From contig CAWEWF010000006.1 of the NCBI GenBank assembly GCA_963812605.1, positions 1-64,000 of the forward strand: DNA of 64,000 nucleotides, written 5' to 3'. Both the position numbers and the translations under genes were made by a program. Below are positions 40,968 to 50,995 of the stretch, one piece after another. Numbering within the stretch: the stretch's first letter is position 1; every line of letters starts with the position of its first letter. The DNA comes from an uncultured Verrucomicrobiae bacterium (GTDB lineage Bacteria; Verrucomicrobiota; Verrucomicrobiia; Palsa-1439). Below the pieces are notes generated by a model. It was not told where the DNA came from. It made no database searches and was given only the letters and a program-made list of their open reading frames with translations.

Positions 40968-42128
40968 ATGAGCCAGCTTCAGATCCTCTATTTCGTTTCG
41001 CTGCTGATGGATTTGAGCGTGGCGGGGGTGACGTTTGCCATCGGCCGGCGCGCGGCGGAACTGGGTGCGAGTGCGGCGCAGCTCGGCTGGCTCGGCGCGG
41101 TGTGGATCGGCGTTTATGCCGTGGTCGCGCTGGTGACGGGCCGGCACTCCGACCGCGTGGGCCGCCGCCACTTGGCGATCATCGGCTGCCTCATCGCGGG
41201 AAGCATGGCGTTTGTGTGTTCGCTGACAACGCAAATCGGGTTGCTCCTGTTGTTCAGCGCCATCTTTGGCGGTGGCCTGGCGTGTTTCTGGCCGGCGATC
41301 ATTGCGTGGCTCGGGGAAGGACTCCGCGGACACAAACTCGCGGCCCGGCTGACCGCTTTCGGCGTGGCCTGGAACCTCGGCCTGCTGCTCGGCTTCATTC
41401 TTTCCGGCGTTCTCTTCAAGCACGGGCCGAAACTGGCATTCTATGCATCTGCAGCCTCAATCCTGCTGATCGCGGTCCTCTTGCTACTTCCAGCAAGGCA
41501 GTTGGGGAACAATAATAATGAACCCGCTGATACAGATCTCGCTCCGCACATTCCGCAAGGCCGTGGTTTTCGCAAGACGGCGTGGGTGGCGAATTTTGCG
41601 ACCAACTTCGCGCTGGCCGGCACCACCGCGCTGTTCCCGCAACTCGCCATGCATCTCGGCATTACCGCGGACGTGCATGGCGCACTGCTCGCCGCCGGGC
41701 GCGGCGCGGCACTCGTGGCGTTCGTCGCGCTGCAACTGCTGGTGTCCTGGCGAACGCGTCTCTGGCCGCTGTGGGCGGCGCAATTGGTCTGCGCGGCCAG
41801 CCTCGTGTGGATCGGGCTCGCGAATGCGACGTGGATGTTCGCCGCGGCCTGGATCGTCTGCGGCGCCGTGTCCGGCTACGCGTACCAGGCGAGCATTTAC
41901 TTCACGCTCGAAGAGATGACCGAGAAGGGCAAAGGCAGCGGATTTCACGAGGCCATCATCGGAAGTGGAATGTTCGTCGGCCCGGTGCTGGCGGGTTGGG
42001 TCGGAAGCCATCACTCGCTACGCGCACCATATTTCTTTTGCGCAGCCGTGCTCGTCCTGTTGATCGTCCTCCAGATGGCGCTGGTGTGGACGCGCCGTCA
42101 CTCCGCCAACGTCGTCGTTCGGGTATAA
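40968..42128 (+). CDS. MFS transporter
   Basis: Motif A GRHSDRVGRR; about 12 hydrophobic segments. Confidence 0.88.
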   Translation: MSQLQILYFVSLLMDLSVAGVTFAIGRRAAELGASAAQLGWLGAVWIGVYAVVALVTGRHSDRVGRRHLAIIGCLIAGSMAFVCSLTTQIGLLLLFSAIFGGGLACFWPAIIAWLGEGLRGHKLAARLTAFGVAWNLGLLLGFILSGVLFKHGPKLAFYASAASILLIAVLLLLPARQLGNNNNEPADTDLAPHIPQGRGFRKTAWVANFATNFALAGTTALFPQLAMHLGITADVHGALLAAGRGAALVAFVALQLLVSWRTRLWPLWAAQLVCAASLVWIGLANATWMFAAAWIVCGAVSGYAYQASIYFTLEEMTEKGKGSGFHEAIIGSGMFVGPVLAGWVGSHHSLRAPYFFCAAVLVLLIVLQMALVWTRRHSANVVVRV

Positions 42129-42135
42129 CCGATAC

Positions 42136-42906
42136 TCACTGCCGCACTCCCGCGCGCCCGAACTTCACCGCCTTCTTCTGGATCGGTTCCAGCGCGGGCG
42201 AATTCGGCGCTTTGTCGGTCGCCATCGTGACACGGCGGCGCGCCCAGCGGCAGGCGTTGGCGATCACGCGGATAACATTCGCATCATGATACGTCGGGTA
42301 CGTCTCGTGTCCGGGACGGAAGTAGAAGACCCGGCCATTGCCACGGTCCCAACAACAGCCGCTGCGGAACACCTCGCCGCCCTCGAACCACGAAACAAAG
42401 ATGAGCTTGTCGGGTTCGGGAATATCGAAGCGCTCGCCATACATCTCTTCGTAGGGCAGTTCGAAATACTCGCCCAATCCTTCCGTGATGGGATGACCGG
42501 GCGCCAGGTTCCAGAGGCGCTCCTTCTCGTCGGCCTCGCGCCACTTCAGTGAGCAGTTCGTGCCCATCAACGCACGGAATATCTTCGAGTAGTGCCCGGA
42601 GTGCAGCACGATCAAACCCATCCCCGCCAATATGTGCTGTTGCAGGCGCTTGACCACGTCATCCTTCACGTCCCCATGCGCCACGTGGCCCCACCAAATC
42701 AGCACATCGGTCGCAGTTAAGGCTTCCTCGGTCAATCCATGCTCCGGCTCCTCCAGCGTCGCCGTGCGACAAACCAAATCCTTCGCGCTCGCCAGCCCCT
42801 TGGCAATGGTGACATGCATGCCCTCGGGATAAACCTTCTTCACCGCCTCGTTCTTGCGCTCGTGGCGGAATTCATTCCAAATCGTGACGCGAACCTTGGT
42901 GCTCAT
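42136..42906 (-). CDS. thuA: ThuA (trehalose utilisation) family protein
   Basis: [46 protein letters not shown]. Confidence 0.88.
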   Translation of the reverse strand: MSTKVRVTIWNEFRHERKNEAVKKVYPEGMHVTIAKGLASAKDLVCRTATLEEPEHGLTEEALTATDVLIWWGHVAHGDVKDDVVKRLQQHILAGMGLIVLHSGHYSKIFRALMGTNCSLKWREADEKERLWNLAPGHPITEGLGEYFELPYEEMYGERFDIPEPDKLIFVSWFEGGEVFRSGCCWDRGNGRVFYFRPGHETYPTYHDANVIRVIANACRWARRRVTMATDKAPNSPALEPIQKKAVKFGRAGVRQ

Positions 42907-42979
42907 GGTGCGGGCTCAATAACAAAATCACCGCTTCGAGGCGAGCGTTTTGTATTTGGAGAGAAACCTACCGCGTCGT

Positions 42980-44095
42980 TCACTGATACAGAACCTTGGT
43001 TGCGATCATATTAAAAACAGCTTGCAGTTGACTGGCGTCGGAAGCGAAGAGAGCTTCGCCGGAGATTTGACTCGGATTGTACACCGACCCCGCCGGATCG
43101 TTGGCGATGTTCCTTAAGAAGTCCTGGTTGAGGCCAGTACCCACACCAATCGAGTAGATGAGAATGTTCGCCGACCGGATCTGGTTAGCCACATTCAAAG
43201 CATGCAGATGTCCTTCATTCCACACATTTTGGTTATTTGCGCTGATCGTCTTTGTCGTGCCATCGATCGAGAGGAACGTGGTGCTATTGCAACTCGGATC
43301 GGCTCCCCCCGCCGGATCCAAGAACTCGTAGCCCCATGGGGGACAACATGAAGTTGAACCCACAAATGGCGGGTCGTCCTGTCCAAGATTGATGGGAGCG
43401 GCACGACAACTGAGATTCGTCTGGAACGTGTTCGCATATCCATCCGTAAAGAATACGATCACTCTTGCGACGCCTTCATTGGTCGGTACGGGCGTATTAT
43501 TGACCAGGTTGAATCCAATCTGCAAGCCGCCCTCGGCGAATGTTCTGCCATTCCAAACCAGGGCATTGGCCGCAGTCGTGATCGCGCTCTTAAACGGCTG
43601 TTGCATCGGCACGTTCGTTACCGCCGTCGATCCAAAACTACTCATGGCTACCTGATCGATGCTGTCGTCGAAATTATTGATGAAGCTGGACACTGCCCCG
43701 AGAAGCACTGCACCGCCGCCACTGCCACACGGAGGAGCACAGCCCATCGACCCAGAGTGGTCCAATACCAGCGCCATGATCGATGGCACCCTGGTCTTCC
43801 GAACTTTATAGAATCGTTGCGTAATAGCCAAAGTGTTCGTGTCTGTGTAGCAGAGCGACAAGTCATTGCTGCCCGCCGTCACCTTGCCATCGGGAAAATC
43901 CTGCCACACACCATTGGGCGAATCCGCAAACATGACGTGATAGGGAATCAGCGGCAGTACCGGCCAGGTAATCGTGACCGAACTGTCCGGGTTTACCTGG
44001 ATGTTTTGAATGAAGAAATTCGTCTGGGCCTTCGCCAGACTGGCGAAAGCCAAAATCCAGATTAGAACGACGCGGGTCACGCGCACATTTTCCAT
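42980..44095 (-). CDS. secreted vWA-domain protein; vWA is a close paralog of the TadG-like vWA
   Basis: Sec signal, small beta domain ending QRFYKV, then LVLDHSGSM..FFTDGYAN..IYSIGVG. Confidence 0.85.
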   Translation of the reverse strand: MENVRVTRVVLIWILAFASLAKAQTNFFIQNIQVNPDSSVTITWPVLPLIPYHVMFADSPNGVWQDFPDGKVTAGSNDLSLCYTDTNTLAITQRFYKVRKTRVPSIMALVLDHSGSMGCAPPCGSGGGAVLLGAVSSFINNFDDSIDQVAMSSFGSTAVTNVPMQQPFKSAITTAANALVWNGRTFAEGGLQIGFNLVNNTPVPTNEGVARVIVFFTDGYANTFQTNLSCRAAPINLGQDDPPFVGSTSCCPPWGYEFLDPAGGADPSCNSTTFLSIDGTTKTISANNQNVWNEGHLHALNVANQIRSANILIYSIGVGTGLNQDFLRNIANDPAGSVYNPSQISGEALFASDASQLQAVFNMIATKVLYQ

Positions 44096-44112
44096 GCTCC
44101 ATCGAAAGAATA

Positions 44113-44125
44113 GCACGAATCGTGC
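44113..44125. promoter_or_regulatory. palindromic operator inside a putative sigma-70 promoter spacer
   Basis: GCACGA-A-TCGTGC within minus-strand TTGCCG-18-TATTCT. Confidence 0.4.
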
Positions 44126-44192
44126 AAAAGCGGCAAGAATCAAGGCGGTCGGGTAGTATCTTAATTTGCCGCACCTCTCATCGTTCGTGTTT

Positions 44193-44256
44193 TGTAGCCG
44201 AAGCGTAAGCTTCGGTGGTAGCAATGCGGATTCCCGAAGCTTACGCTTCGGCTACA
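44193..44256. repeat. GTAG-type REP doublet
   Basis: TGTAGCCGAAGCGTAAGCTTCGG...CCGAAGCTTACGCTTCGGCTACA. Confidence 0.85.
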
Positions 44257-44295
44257 GTTGGCGGATGAAAATTAAGACATCACCGGCGACCGCGC

Positions 44296-45537
44296 TTAGT
44301 CGTGGCGCTTCACAATGATCGTGGCGTTGTGACCGCCGAAGCCGAGGGAATTATTCAGGCAGACATCGACCTTCATCGGACGGGCCTTGTTGGGCACGTA
44401 GTCGAGGTCGCAGTCGGGGTCGGGATTCTCGTAGTTGATCGTCGGCGGAACGATCCCGTCGCGAATCGCGAGCGCGCAGACCGCCGTTTCGACCGCACCC
44501 GCGGCGCCGAGCAGATGGCCGGTCATGGACTTGGTGGAACTGACCGCCAGCTTTTTCGCATGCGCGCCGAAGACCTTCTTGATCGCCTGGGTTTCGCATT
44601 TGTCGCCGACAGGCGTTGAGGTGCCGTGAGCATTGATGTAATCGACCTGCTCGGGATTGAGATTCGCGTGCCCCAGGGCCATCACCATGGAACGCGCGGC
44701 CCCTTCGCCCTCGGGAGCGGGCGCGCTCATGTGATACGCGTCCCCCGTGATGCCGTAACCGGCGATCTCACAATAAATTTTCGCGTGACGTTTGCGCGCG
44801 TGTTCAAGCGACTCGAGAATGCACACGCCGGCGCCTTCCCCCATCACAAAGCCGTCGCGCTGCGCGTCGAACGGACGGCTGGCGCGTTCGGGTTCACTAT
44901 TGCGGGTGCTCATGGCTTTCATGGCGCAGAAACCCGCGTAGCCCATTTGCGTGACGGCGGCCTCGCTGCCACCCGCGATCATGATATCCGCGTCATTATG
45001 GACGATGGCTCGCGCCGCTTCTCCCAGCGCATGCGTCGCGGTGGCGCAGGCGGAAACCACCGCAAGATTCGGTCCTTTCGCGCCGAGCAACATCGACACA
45101 TAGCCGCTGGCCATGTTGACGATAAGCATCGGGATCATGAACGGCGACACGCGGCTCGGGCCTTTGCGGACGAGCGTTCCCACCTGGTCTTCAATGGTCT
45201 CCATGCCGCCGATGCCGGAGCCGATGAGCACGCCCACGCGGTTGGCGTCTTCCTTCGACATGTCGATGCCCGCATCCACGACCGCCTTCTTGGCCGCCCC
45301 GACGGCGTACTGCACGAACCGGTCCGTGCGCCGCGTCTCTTTGATGGGCATGAATTCTTCCGGCTTAAAGTCCCGCACCTCGCCGCCGATCTTGCAGTCG
45401 TATTCCGTGGTATCGAAGCGGGTCACGGGCGCGATGCCGCTCTTGCCGGCCAGCAGATTTTGCCAAAACAATTCCAACTCACTGCCCAGTGGCGTGAGGA
45501 CCCCAATACCGGTAATGACGACGCGTCGTTCGCTCAT
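44296..45537 (-). CDS. fabF: beta-ketoacyl-ACP synthase II
   Basis: RRVVITGIG, VSACATA, YINAHGTST, KSMTGHLLGAAG, GFGGHNA. Confidence 0.96.
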   Translation of the reverse strand: MSERRVVITGIGVLTPLGSELELFWQNLLAGKSGIAPVTRFDTTEYDCKIGGEVRDFKPEEFMPIKETRRTDRFVQYAVGAAKKAVVDAGIDMSKEDANRVGVLIGSGIGGMETIEDQVGTLVRKGPSRVSPFMIPMLIVNMASGYVSMLLGAKGPNLAVVSACATATHALGEAARAIVHNDADIMIAGGSEAAVTQMGYAGFCAMKAMSTRNSEPERASRPFDAQRDGFVMGEGAGVCILESLEHARKRHAKIYCEIAGYGITGDAYHMSAPAPEGEGAARSMVMALGHANLNPEQVDYINAHGTSTPVGDKCETQAIKKVFGAHAKKLAVSSTKSMTGHLLGAAGAVETAVCALAIRDGIVPPTINYENPDPDCDLDYVPNKARPMKVDVCLNNSLGFGGHNATIIVKRHD

Positions 45538-45561
45538 GGCTTGTCGGAATCAGGAAAAATT

Positions 45562-45600
45562 GGGGCATAAAGTGTGAAATAGCAACTCACTTTATGCCCC
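45562..45600 (-). terminator. stem-loop/terminator between acpP and fabF
   Basis: 13-bp perfect stem GGGGCATAAAGTG/CACTTTATGCCCC followed by AATTTTT on the minus strand. Confidence 0.7.
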
Positions 45601-45662
45601 GCAATTCTACGGCCCTTGTTTCGTCCTCGCTAACTGCGGAACGCCGGGCGCTATCGATCAAA

Positions 45663-45908
45663 TTACTTCTCGCCCCGCTCCTCGATGTATTTGACCACAT
45701 CGCCGACGGTCTGGAGCTTCTCCGCGTCTTCGTCGGGGATCTCCGCGCCAAACTCCTCTTCAAAGGCCATCACCAATTCGACCGTATCGAGGGAGTCCGC
45801 GCCCAAATCTTCGATGAACTTCGCCTCGGGCGTCACCTGGTCGGGATTGACGCCGAGTTGTTCGACAATAATCTCCTTCACTCGGTCTGCTATGGATTTC
45901 TCTGCCAT
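45663..45908 (-). CDS. acpP: acyl carrier protein
   Basis: [20 protein letters not shown]. Confidence 0.97.
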   Translation of the reverse strand: MAEKSIADRVKEIIVEQLGVNPDQVTPEAKFIEDLGADSLDTVELVMAFEEEFGAEIPDEDAEKLQTVGDVVKYIEERGEK

Positions 45909-45992
45909 TGGCTCCTCCTGTTTCAAATCGTTCGTTTGTTTATGCGAAAACCGGCTCGGTTGTCAAAGTTTTGTTTGCGCTCAAATTCGCCA

Positions 45993-46739
45993 TCACATCG
46001 CGAGGCCGCCGTCCACCGTGACGACTTGCCCGGTCACGTACGCCGCCAGGTCGCTGGCCAGGAACAACACGACGCTGGCCACATCCTCGGCCGTGCCCAA
46101 TCGCCCCAACGCAATCCGCGTCTTCAACATCTCCCGCGCCTCTTCCCCCAGCGCGTTCGTCATCTCGGTCACGATGAAGCCCGGTGCCACCGCATTCGCG
46201 GTGATGCCGCGGGACGCCAGCTCGCGGGCCACGGATTTCGTGAATCCGATGAGGCCCGCTTTCGACGCGGCATAGTTAGATTGACCCGCATTGCCTGTCA
46301 ACCCAATAATTGACGTGATATTGATGACGCGTCCGCTGCGCTGTTTCAGCATCCCCCGGCTGAGCGACTTGGTGAAATTGAACGCGCCTTTCAGGTTGGT
46401 ATTGAGCACCGTGTCCCAGTCATCATCGGTCATCCGCAGCAGCAATTGATCGCGCGTGACGCCCGCATTATTTACCAAAACATCCACACGCCCAAATTCC
46501 TTGAGGATCTTCTCGCAAGTCTCGGCAACCCGCGCGCTATTGGCCACGTCCACCGCAAACGCCGTCGCCTTCCCGCCCGCCTTCACGACCTCCGCCGCCG
46601 TCTCTTCGACATTCGCCAGTGTTCGCCCGCAAGCCGCAATCGCCGCCCCCTCGCCCGCCAACCTCAAAGCGATGGCCTTCCCAATCCCCCGTCCCGCCCC
46701 CGTCACCACCGCCACCTTGTTCTCCAAAAGCTTCTGCAT
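45993..46739 (-). CDS. fabG: 3-oxoacyl-ACP reductase
   Basis: TGAGRGIG, NNAGVTRD, GNAGQSNYAASKAG. Confidence 0.96.
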   Translation of the reverse strand: MQKLLENKVAVVTGAGRGIGKAIALRLAGEGAAIAACGRTLANVEETAAEVVKAGGKATAFAVDVANSARVAETCEKILKEFGRVDVLVNNAGVTRDQLLLRMTDDDWDTVLNTNLKGAFNFTKSLSRGMLKQRSGRVINITSIIGLTGNAGQSNYAASKAGLIGFTKSVARELASRGITANAVAPGFIVTEMTNALGEEAREMLKTRIALGRLGTAEDVASVVLFLASDLAAYVTGQVVTVDGGLAM

Positions 46740-46970
46740 AACGCCCTTCTTAACTGCCTGCGACAGGAAATGTCAACCCCACATCAAGAATTGCGACCTG
46801 AACCAGATCGGACGTTGTCATATCCAGCAACCGAACCCCGCTGGTTTGCAAACCTCGCCCGCATAACGCCTTGCAAACAGCCAACATAACTGGGGGGTTC
46901 GTTTCGCAAAATGGCATGTTTTGGGGCTCCTTCTGCCCTCTATAAACCACTTTCATTCCCGAAGCTATAT

Positions 46971-47025
46971 TGTAGGGCAAGCGCTCTGCTTGCCGCTGGT
47001 GTAGCAGCGTCTCTCCGAGACGCTC
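46971..47025. repeat. two tandem GTAG-type REP hairpins
   Basis: TGTAGGGCAAGCGCTCTGCTTGCC and TGTAGCAGCGTCTCTCCGAGACGCT. Confidence 0.6.
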
Positions 47026-47278
47026 CCCATATCGTTCTTCAATTTACAATTCACGTCCCGACCATACCCCTCCCGTCACATCGAGTCCAGGAAAATTATC
47101 GTTTTTAGATATTCAAGTACGCTTCTCCACCGCCGTGTCCGCCAGAAGTTCACTGACAGCGGGAGCTTTAGCGAAGGAGGATTCACCTCCTCGGAGGGGA
47201 TGCGGGGCGCTCCAGACCACCCAGTAGCGAAACCTGAAATTCACTTCGCACGCTTCATTGGTCGTTAATATCCCCAAG

Positions 47279-48550
47279 CTACTGATGGTGCTCGCGACTA
47301 TCTTGCCACCAAGGACTGCTCTCAAGAAACTGAAGGGTTTTCGCAGCAGTCGAGGCTATAGCGGGGTCTCCATCGCGACTTTTCTTCTGCAAGAAAGCGA
47401 TGATTGCCTCATCAAATTCATGGCAACTGCTCAAGCTAGAAATTGCTTTAGCGGCGAGTTCCTTGTCCGGCCCGTCGGCTATTTGGAAAAGCAGAGAAAT
47501 ACACTCCTTGTTGTCGAACTTGCCAAGTTCAGCTATCGCAAATCCTGCAACGTACTTGCTACCGCATTTGGCCAGTTTCATCCAGTACGAAATCTTCCAG
47601 TCACGAACGCCTCCGCCACCGACCGATTCAGTGACCTTAAACGTGTTTGCACTGAGCTCGTAGGCTAACCGAAACCACTCGTCGTTGTGAGTACATTTGA
47701 GATTGTCAGTGTAGTCGAGTATTTGATCGGTAACTACTTGAATGACCTGCACTCGCTCCTCCGGATTCAACTCTTGGTAGAACGCGTTTCGCGTGGAGCT
47801 CCAGAATTCCCGAGCTTCCGCGTCCGACTTCTCCCAGAGTTGCCACGGTTTTTTGCAATCGCGCCAACTAATTCCAAATTCTTCGTCCACTCTATGGTCA
47901 CTGTTGTTCGAGAAGTACGAATTTACCTTTAACATCTTCCCGACCGCCTCTCGCATTCGTCCCGGCTCTGACCATTTCTTTTTTATTGCAGCGTCAATCG
48001 TAGAGGAGTCCACCACAAGAAATGTGATTGGAGAACTTATATGTACTCTCCCATCTTCCAATTGATTCCGGAATTGAAGTGTGTACACCCCGGCCTTGGC
48101 GATCTGGAATAAATCGGTAAGCTTGAATTCAAACTGCTTGACCGACTTCGGACCCACGTGGATGTCCGCTTCATGAGCGAATGTGTGCGGTGTTAGTGCC
48201 GACATTCCACCTTGAGCCCCGCATGCACTCAAAGAAAGGCTTTGACGGAATTCGTCCAGACTTATAACTAGATCGATGTTGGTCAGATTGACCACCGAAA
48301 CAGTGAGCGGCACCGGATCGCCGAGGTTGAAATAACACTTCTCCAGATCCAAGAATACGAACGGCAAGGAGGAGTCAACCTGCTTAAACGACGCTTCGGC
48401 ACGATAGTGCGAATCGATTACGTTCTGCGGCAGCCAAGGAATGTCGGCGCTAGACTGTGCGGAGCAGCAAACGCTCAGGGCGATGCCGATTAACCACTGA
48501 CCGGCTTTCGAAACTTGAAACTTCACCAATTCCCCTTCTTTATTTATCAT
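47279..48550 (-). CDS. hypothetical exported protein: Ig-like N-terminus, HEAT-like C-terminus (AT-richer insert)
   Basis: Hydrophobic N-terminal segment, LGDPVPLTVSVVN..AGVYTLQ, AIAELGK..AAKAISSL..AAKTL. Confidence 0.72.
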   Translation of the reverse strand: MINKEGELVKFQVSKAGQWLIGIALSVCCSAQSSADIPWLPQNVIDSHYRAEASFKQVDSSLPFVFLDLEKCYFNLGDPVPLTVSVVNLTNIDLVISLDEFRQSLSLSACGAQGGMSALTPHTFAHEADIHVGPKSVKQFEFKLTDLFQIAKAGVYTLQFRNQLEDGRVHISSPITFLVVDSSTIDAAIKKKWSEPGRMREAVGKMLKVNSYFSNNSDHRVDEEFGISWRDCKKPWQLWEKSDAEAREFWSSTRNAFYQELNPEERVQVIQVVTDQILDYTDNLKCTHNDEWFRLAYELSANTFKVTESVGGGGVRDWKISYWMKLAKCGSKYVAGFAIAELGKFDNKECISLLFQIADGPDKELAAKAISSLSSCHEFDEAIIAFLQKKSRDGDPAIASTAAKTLQFLESSPWWQDSREHHQ

Positions 48551-48586
48551 GGGGTCAACTCTCCACCGAGCACGCTTAACGCCACT

Positions 48587-49516
48587 CTAAACCTTCAGCT
48601 TCACCACCGTCGCCTCCAGCGTCGGCACGTCGCTCACCGAAAGCATCTCCACGTCCTTGTTGATGCGTTTCATCAGGCCGCTGAGGACGTTGCCGGGGCC
48701 GAGTTCGATGAAACGCGTGAAGCCTTCCGCAACCAGCCACTGCATGGATTCGCTCCAGCGGACCGGGGAGGTGACCTGGCGCACCAACAGTTCCTTGATC
48801 TCGGCGACGCCTCCTGCCGGGCGGGCGGTGACGTTGGAAACAACCTGGACCTTCGGGAACTGCATCGGCAAGCCGGCCAGTGCTGCCGCCACTTTGACTT
48901 TCCCGCTCTCCATGAGGCGCGAGTGATATGCGCCGGCGACCGGCAGTGGGATGGCGCGTTTCGCACCCCTTTCCTTGGCAAGCTCGACCGCCTTCGCAAT
49001 CTTTTCCTTGTCACCGGAAATGACGACCTGTCCGGGAGAGTTGATATTGGCGATGTCCACATCGGCTTCGCGGCAGACTTCCGCCAGCGCCGCGTCGTCC
49101 ATGTTGAGAATGGATGCCATGCCGCCGTTGGTCGCATCGCAGGCTTCCTGCATGAACTGGCCCCGCTGCTGGACCATGCGCAGGCCATCGTCAAAGCTGA
49201 CCGCTTCCGCCGCCGCCAGCGCAGTGAACTCGCCCAATGACAGACCAGCCGTCGCGTCGAACACGAGATCGGGGACCTGGGATTTTAAGGCTTCGAGGCA
49301 CGCGAGGCTCGTGAGAAAAATCGCCGGCTGCGCGTTGTCGGTTTTCGTGAGAACGTCAACGGGTCCTTCAAAACAAATCTTCTGGAGATCGCGTCCGAGC
49401 ACTTCGTTGGCGCGGGCGAAGAGTCGGCGGCAGACATCATACTTCTCGCAAAGATCGCGCCCCATGCCGACAGTCTGGCTGCCCTGCCCCGCGAAAAGGA
49501 GAGCGGTCTTCATCAT
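48587..49516 (-). CDS. fabD: malonyl-CoA:ACP transacylase
   Basis: FAGQGSQ, AQPAIF, AGLSLGE, GAYHSRLM, QVTSPVRW. Confidence 0.96.
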   Translation of the reverse strand: MMKTALLFAGQGSQTVGMGRDLCEKYDVCRRLFARANEVLGRDLQKICFEGPVDVLTKTDNAQPAIFLTSLACLEALKSQVPDLVFDATAGLSLGEFTALAAAEAVSFDDGLRMVQQRGQFMQEACDATNGGMASILNMDDAALAEVCREADVDIANINSPGQVVISGDKEKIAKAVELAKERGAKRAIPLPVAGAYHSRLMESGKVKVAAALAGLPMQFPKVQVVSNVTARPAGGVAEIKELLVRQVTSPVRWSESMQWLVAEGFTRFIELGPGNVLSGLMKRINKDVEMLSVSDVPTLEATVVKLKV

Positions 49517-49552
49517 AAAGGACTAGCGTTCCCGCCCGAAGATGGTTCGACC

Positions 49553-49621
49553 CCTCTCCCCTTGGGGGAGCCGAGTTGGACGAGACGCCGTCGTCGTATA
49601 CGGCAAAGGTTGGGTGAGGGG
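49553..49621. repeat. CCTCTCCC-type repeat interrupted by a ~36-nt insert
   Basis: Same left part as the 37773 copy, insert at 49571-49606, then AGGTTGGGTGAGGGG. Confidence 0.6.
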
Positions 49622-49661
49622 TACGCCCGTCTCATTGTAAAGACCGTGGAAGTATTCCACA

Positions 49662-50614
49662 TTACGGCGTTTTCGTGACCTCGGCGCGCGCCTCGGCCGC
49701 CAACGCGGTGCTGAGGTAACGTTCGCCCGTCGATGGCGCAAACGTGACGATCAGCTTGCCCTTGTTCTCCGGGCGCTTCGCGTATTGGATTGCCGCCCAG
49801 ACGTTGGCGCCGGAAGAAATGCCGCAGAGAATTCCTTCCTCCTTCGCCAGCCGCCGCGCCATTATGAACGAATCATCGTTCGACACCGTCAGCACCTCGT
49901 CGATGATGGCCGTGTTGAGGTTCTTCGGGATAAATCCGGCGCCGATGCCCTGGATTTTGTGCGGCCCGGGCTTGCCCCCCCGATCACCGGCGAATCGACC
50001 GGCTCCACCGCCACCGCCTTGAAGCCCGGTTTCTTCGCTTTGATGACTTCGCCAACGCCCGTGATAGTGCCGCCGGTCCCTACTCCCACCACAATCGCAT
50101 CAACCCGGCCACTTGTGTCATCCCAAATCTCCACCGCGGTCGTGCGCCGGTGAATCTCCGGGTTGGCGGGATTGTTGAATTGCTGCGGCATGAACGAGTT
50201 CTTGGTTTCCTTGAGCAATTGTTCCGCTTTGCGGATCGCGCCGGGCATTCCTTCGGCGCCCGGCGTGAGAACCAGTTCGGCTCCGAGCATGCGCAGCAGC
50301 ACGCGGCGCTCGACGCTCATCGTTTCCGGCATCGTGAGCGTCAACCGATAGCCCTTGGCCGCGCAAACAAATGCCAGGGCGATGCCCGTGTTGCCGGAAG
50401 TCGGCTCGATGATCGTTGATTCTTTCCCGATCAGTCCATCGCGCTCCGCCGCTTCGATCATCGACACGCCGATGCGGTCCTTGACGGAACTCACGGGATT
50501 GAAGAACTCGCATTTGACGGCAACCTCCGCGTGGAGTCCTTCTGTGACACGGTTCAGTCGCACCAGCGGCGTTCGCCCGATTGTTTTGGTGATGTCGGCA
50601 AAGATTTGGCCCAT
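49662..50614 (-). CDS. cysK: cysteine synthase A (frameshift in C-run near 49975)
   Basis: [56 protein letters not shown]. Confidence 0.93.
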
Positions 50615-50832
50615 GATCTCCTCGTAGAAAGAATTCGCAGTTGAGAATCCGCAAGTTTCAACTAACCTTGGCTGACTTTTAGGTGAAGCCTGTGGCAAAC
50701 GCAAGCTTGAAAGGTTCCGGCTTGGTCGCCGGCATATCGCGCGTGGCCGGACCGCGATGGATGTCCAGCGGTTTTCGATTTCACAGATACCGTGCCAGCG
50801 GCAGGGAGAATAGATGAAAACCCGTAGAAATG

Positions 50833-50904
50833 AGATTCAGGAGTTGCACGCCAAGGAGGTGGGGGTGGGGAACCCCTCTGAAGAACGTGCAAGCTCCTGA
50901 ATCT
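50833..50904. other. long inverted repeat with a single bulged G
   Basis: AGATTCAGGAGTTGCACG (50833-50850) pairs with CGTGCAA-G-CTCCTGAATCT (50886-50904). Confidence 0.75.
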
Positions 50905-50995
50905 TCAAAATCGTTTTTCTCTCCGGCACAGAATATAATTACTTGCACTATATTGCAACTAGTTTTTTGCATCGGCAATCCGTGATGGTAACCAC

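Noticed and set aside
712-43790. vWA paralogs as a diversity-generating retroelement TR/VR pair
   Set aside because: Differences are spread over ~800 bp, are not adenine-specific, both copies are coding, and no reverse transcriptase is present.
49960-49990. Programmed or phase-variable frameshift in cysK
   Set aside because: A short C-run in a housekeeping gene among many similar indels; sequencing error is more parsimonious.
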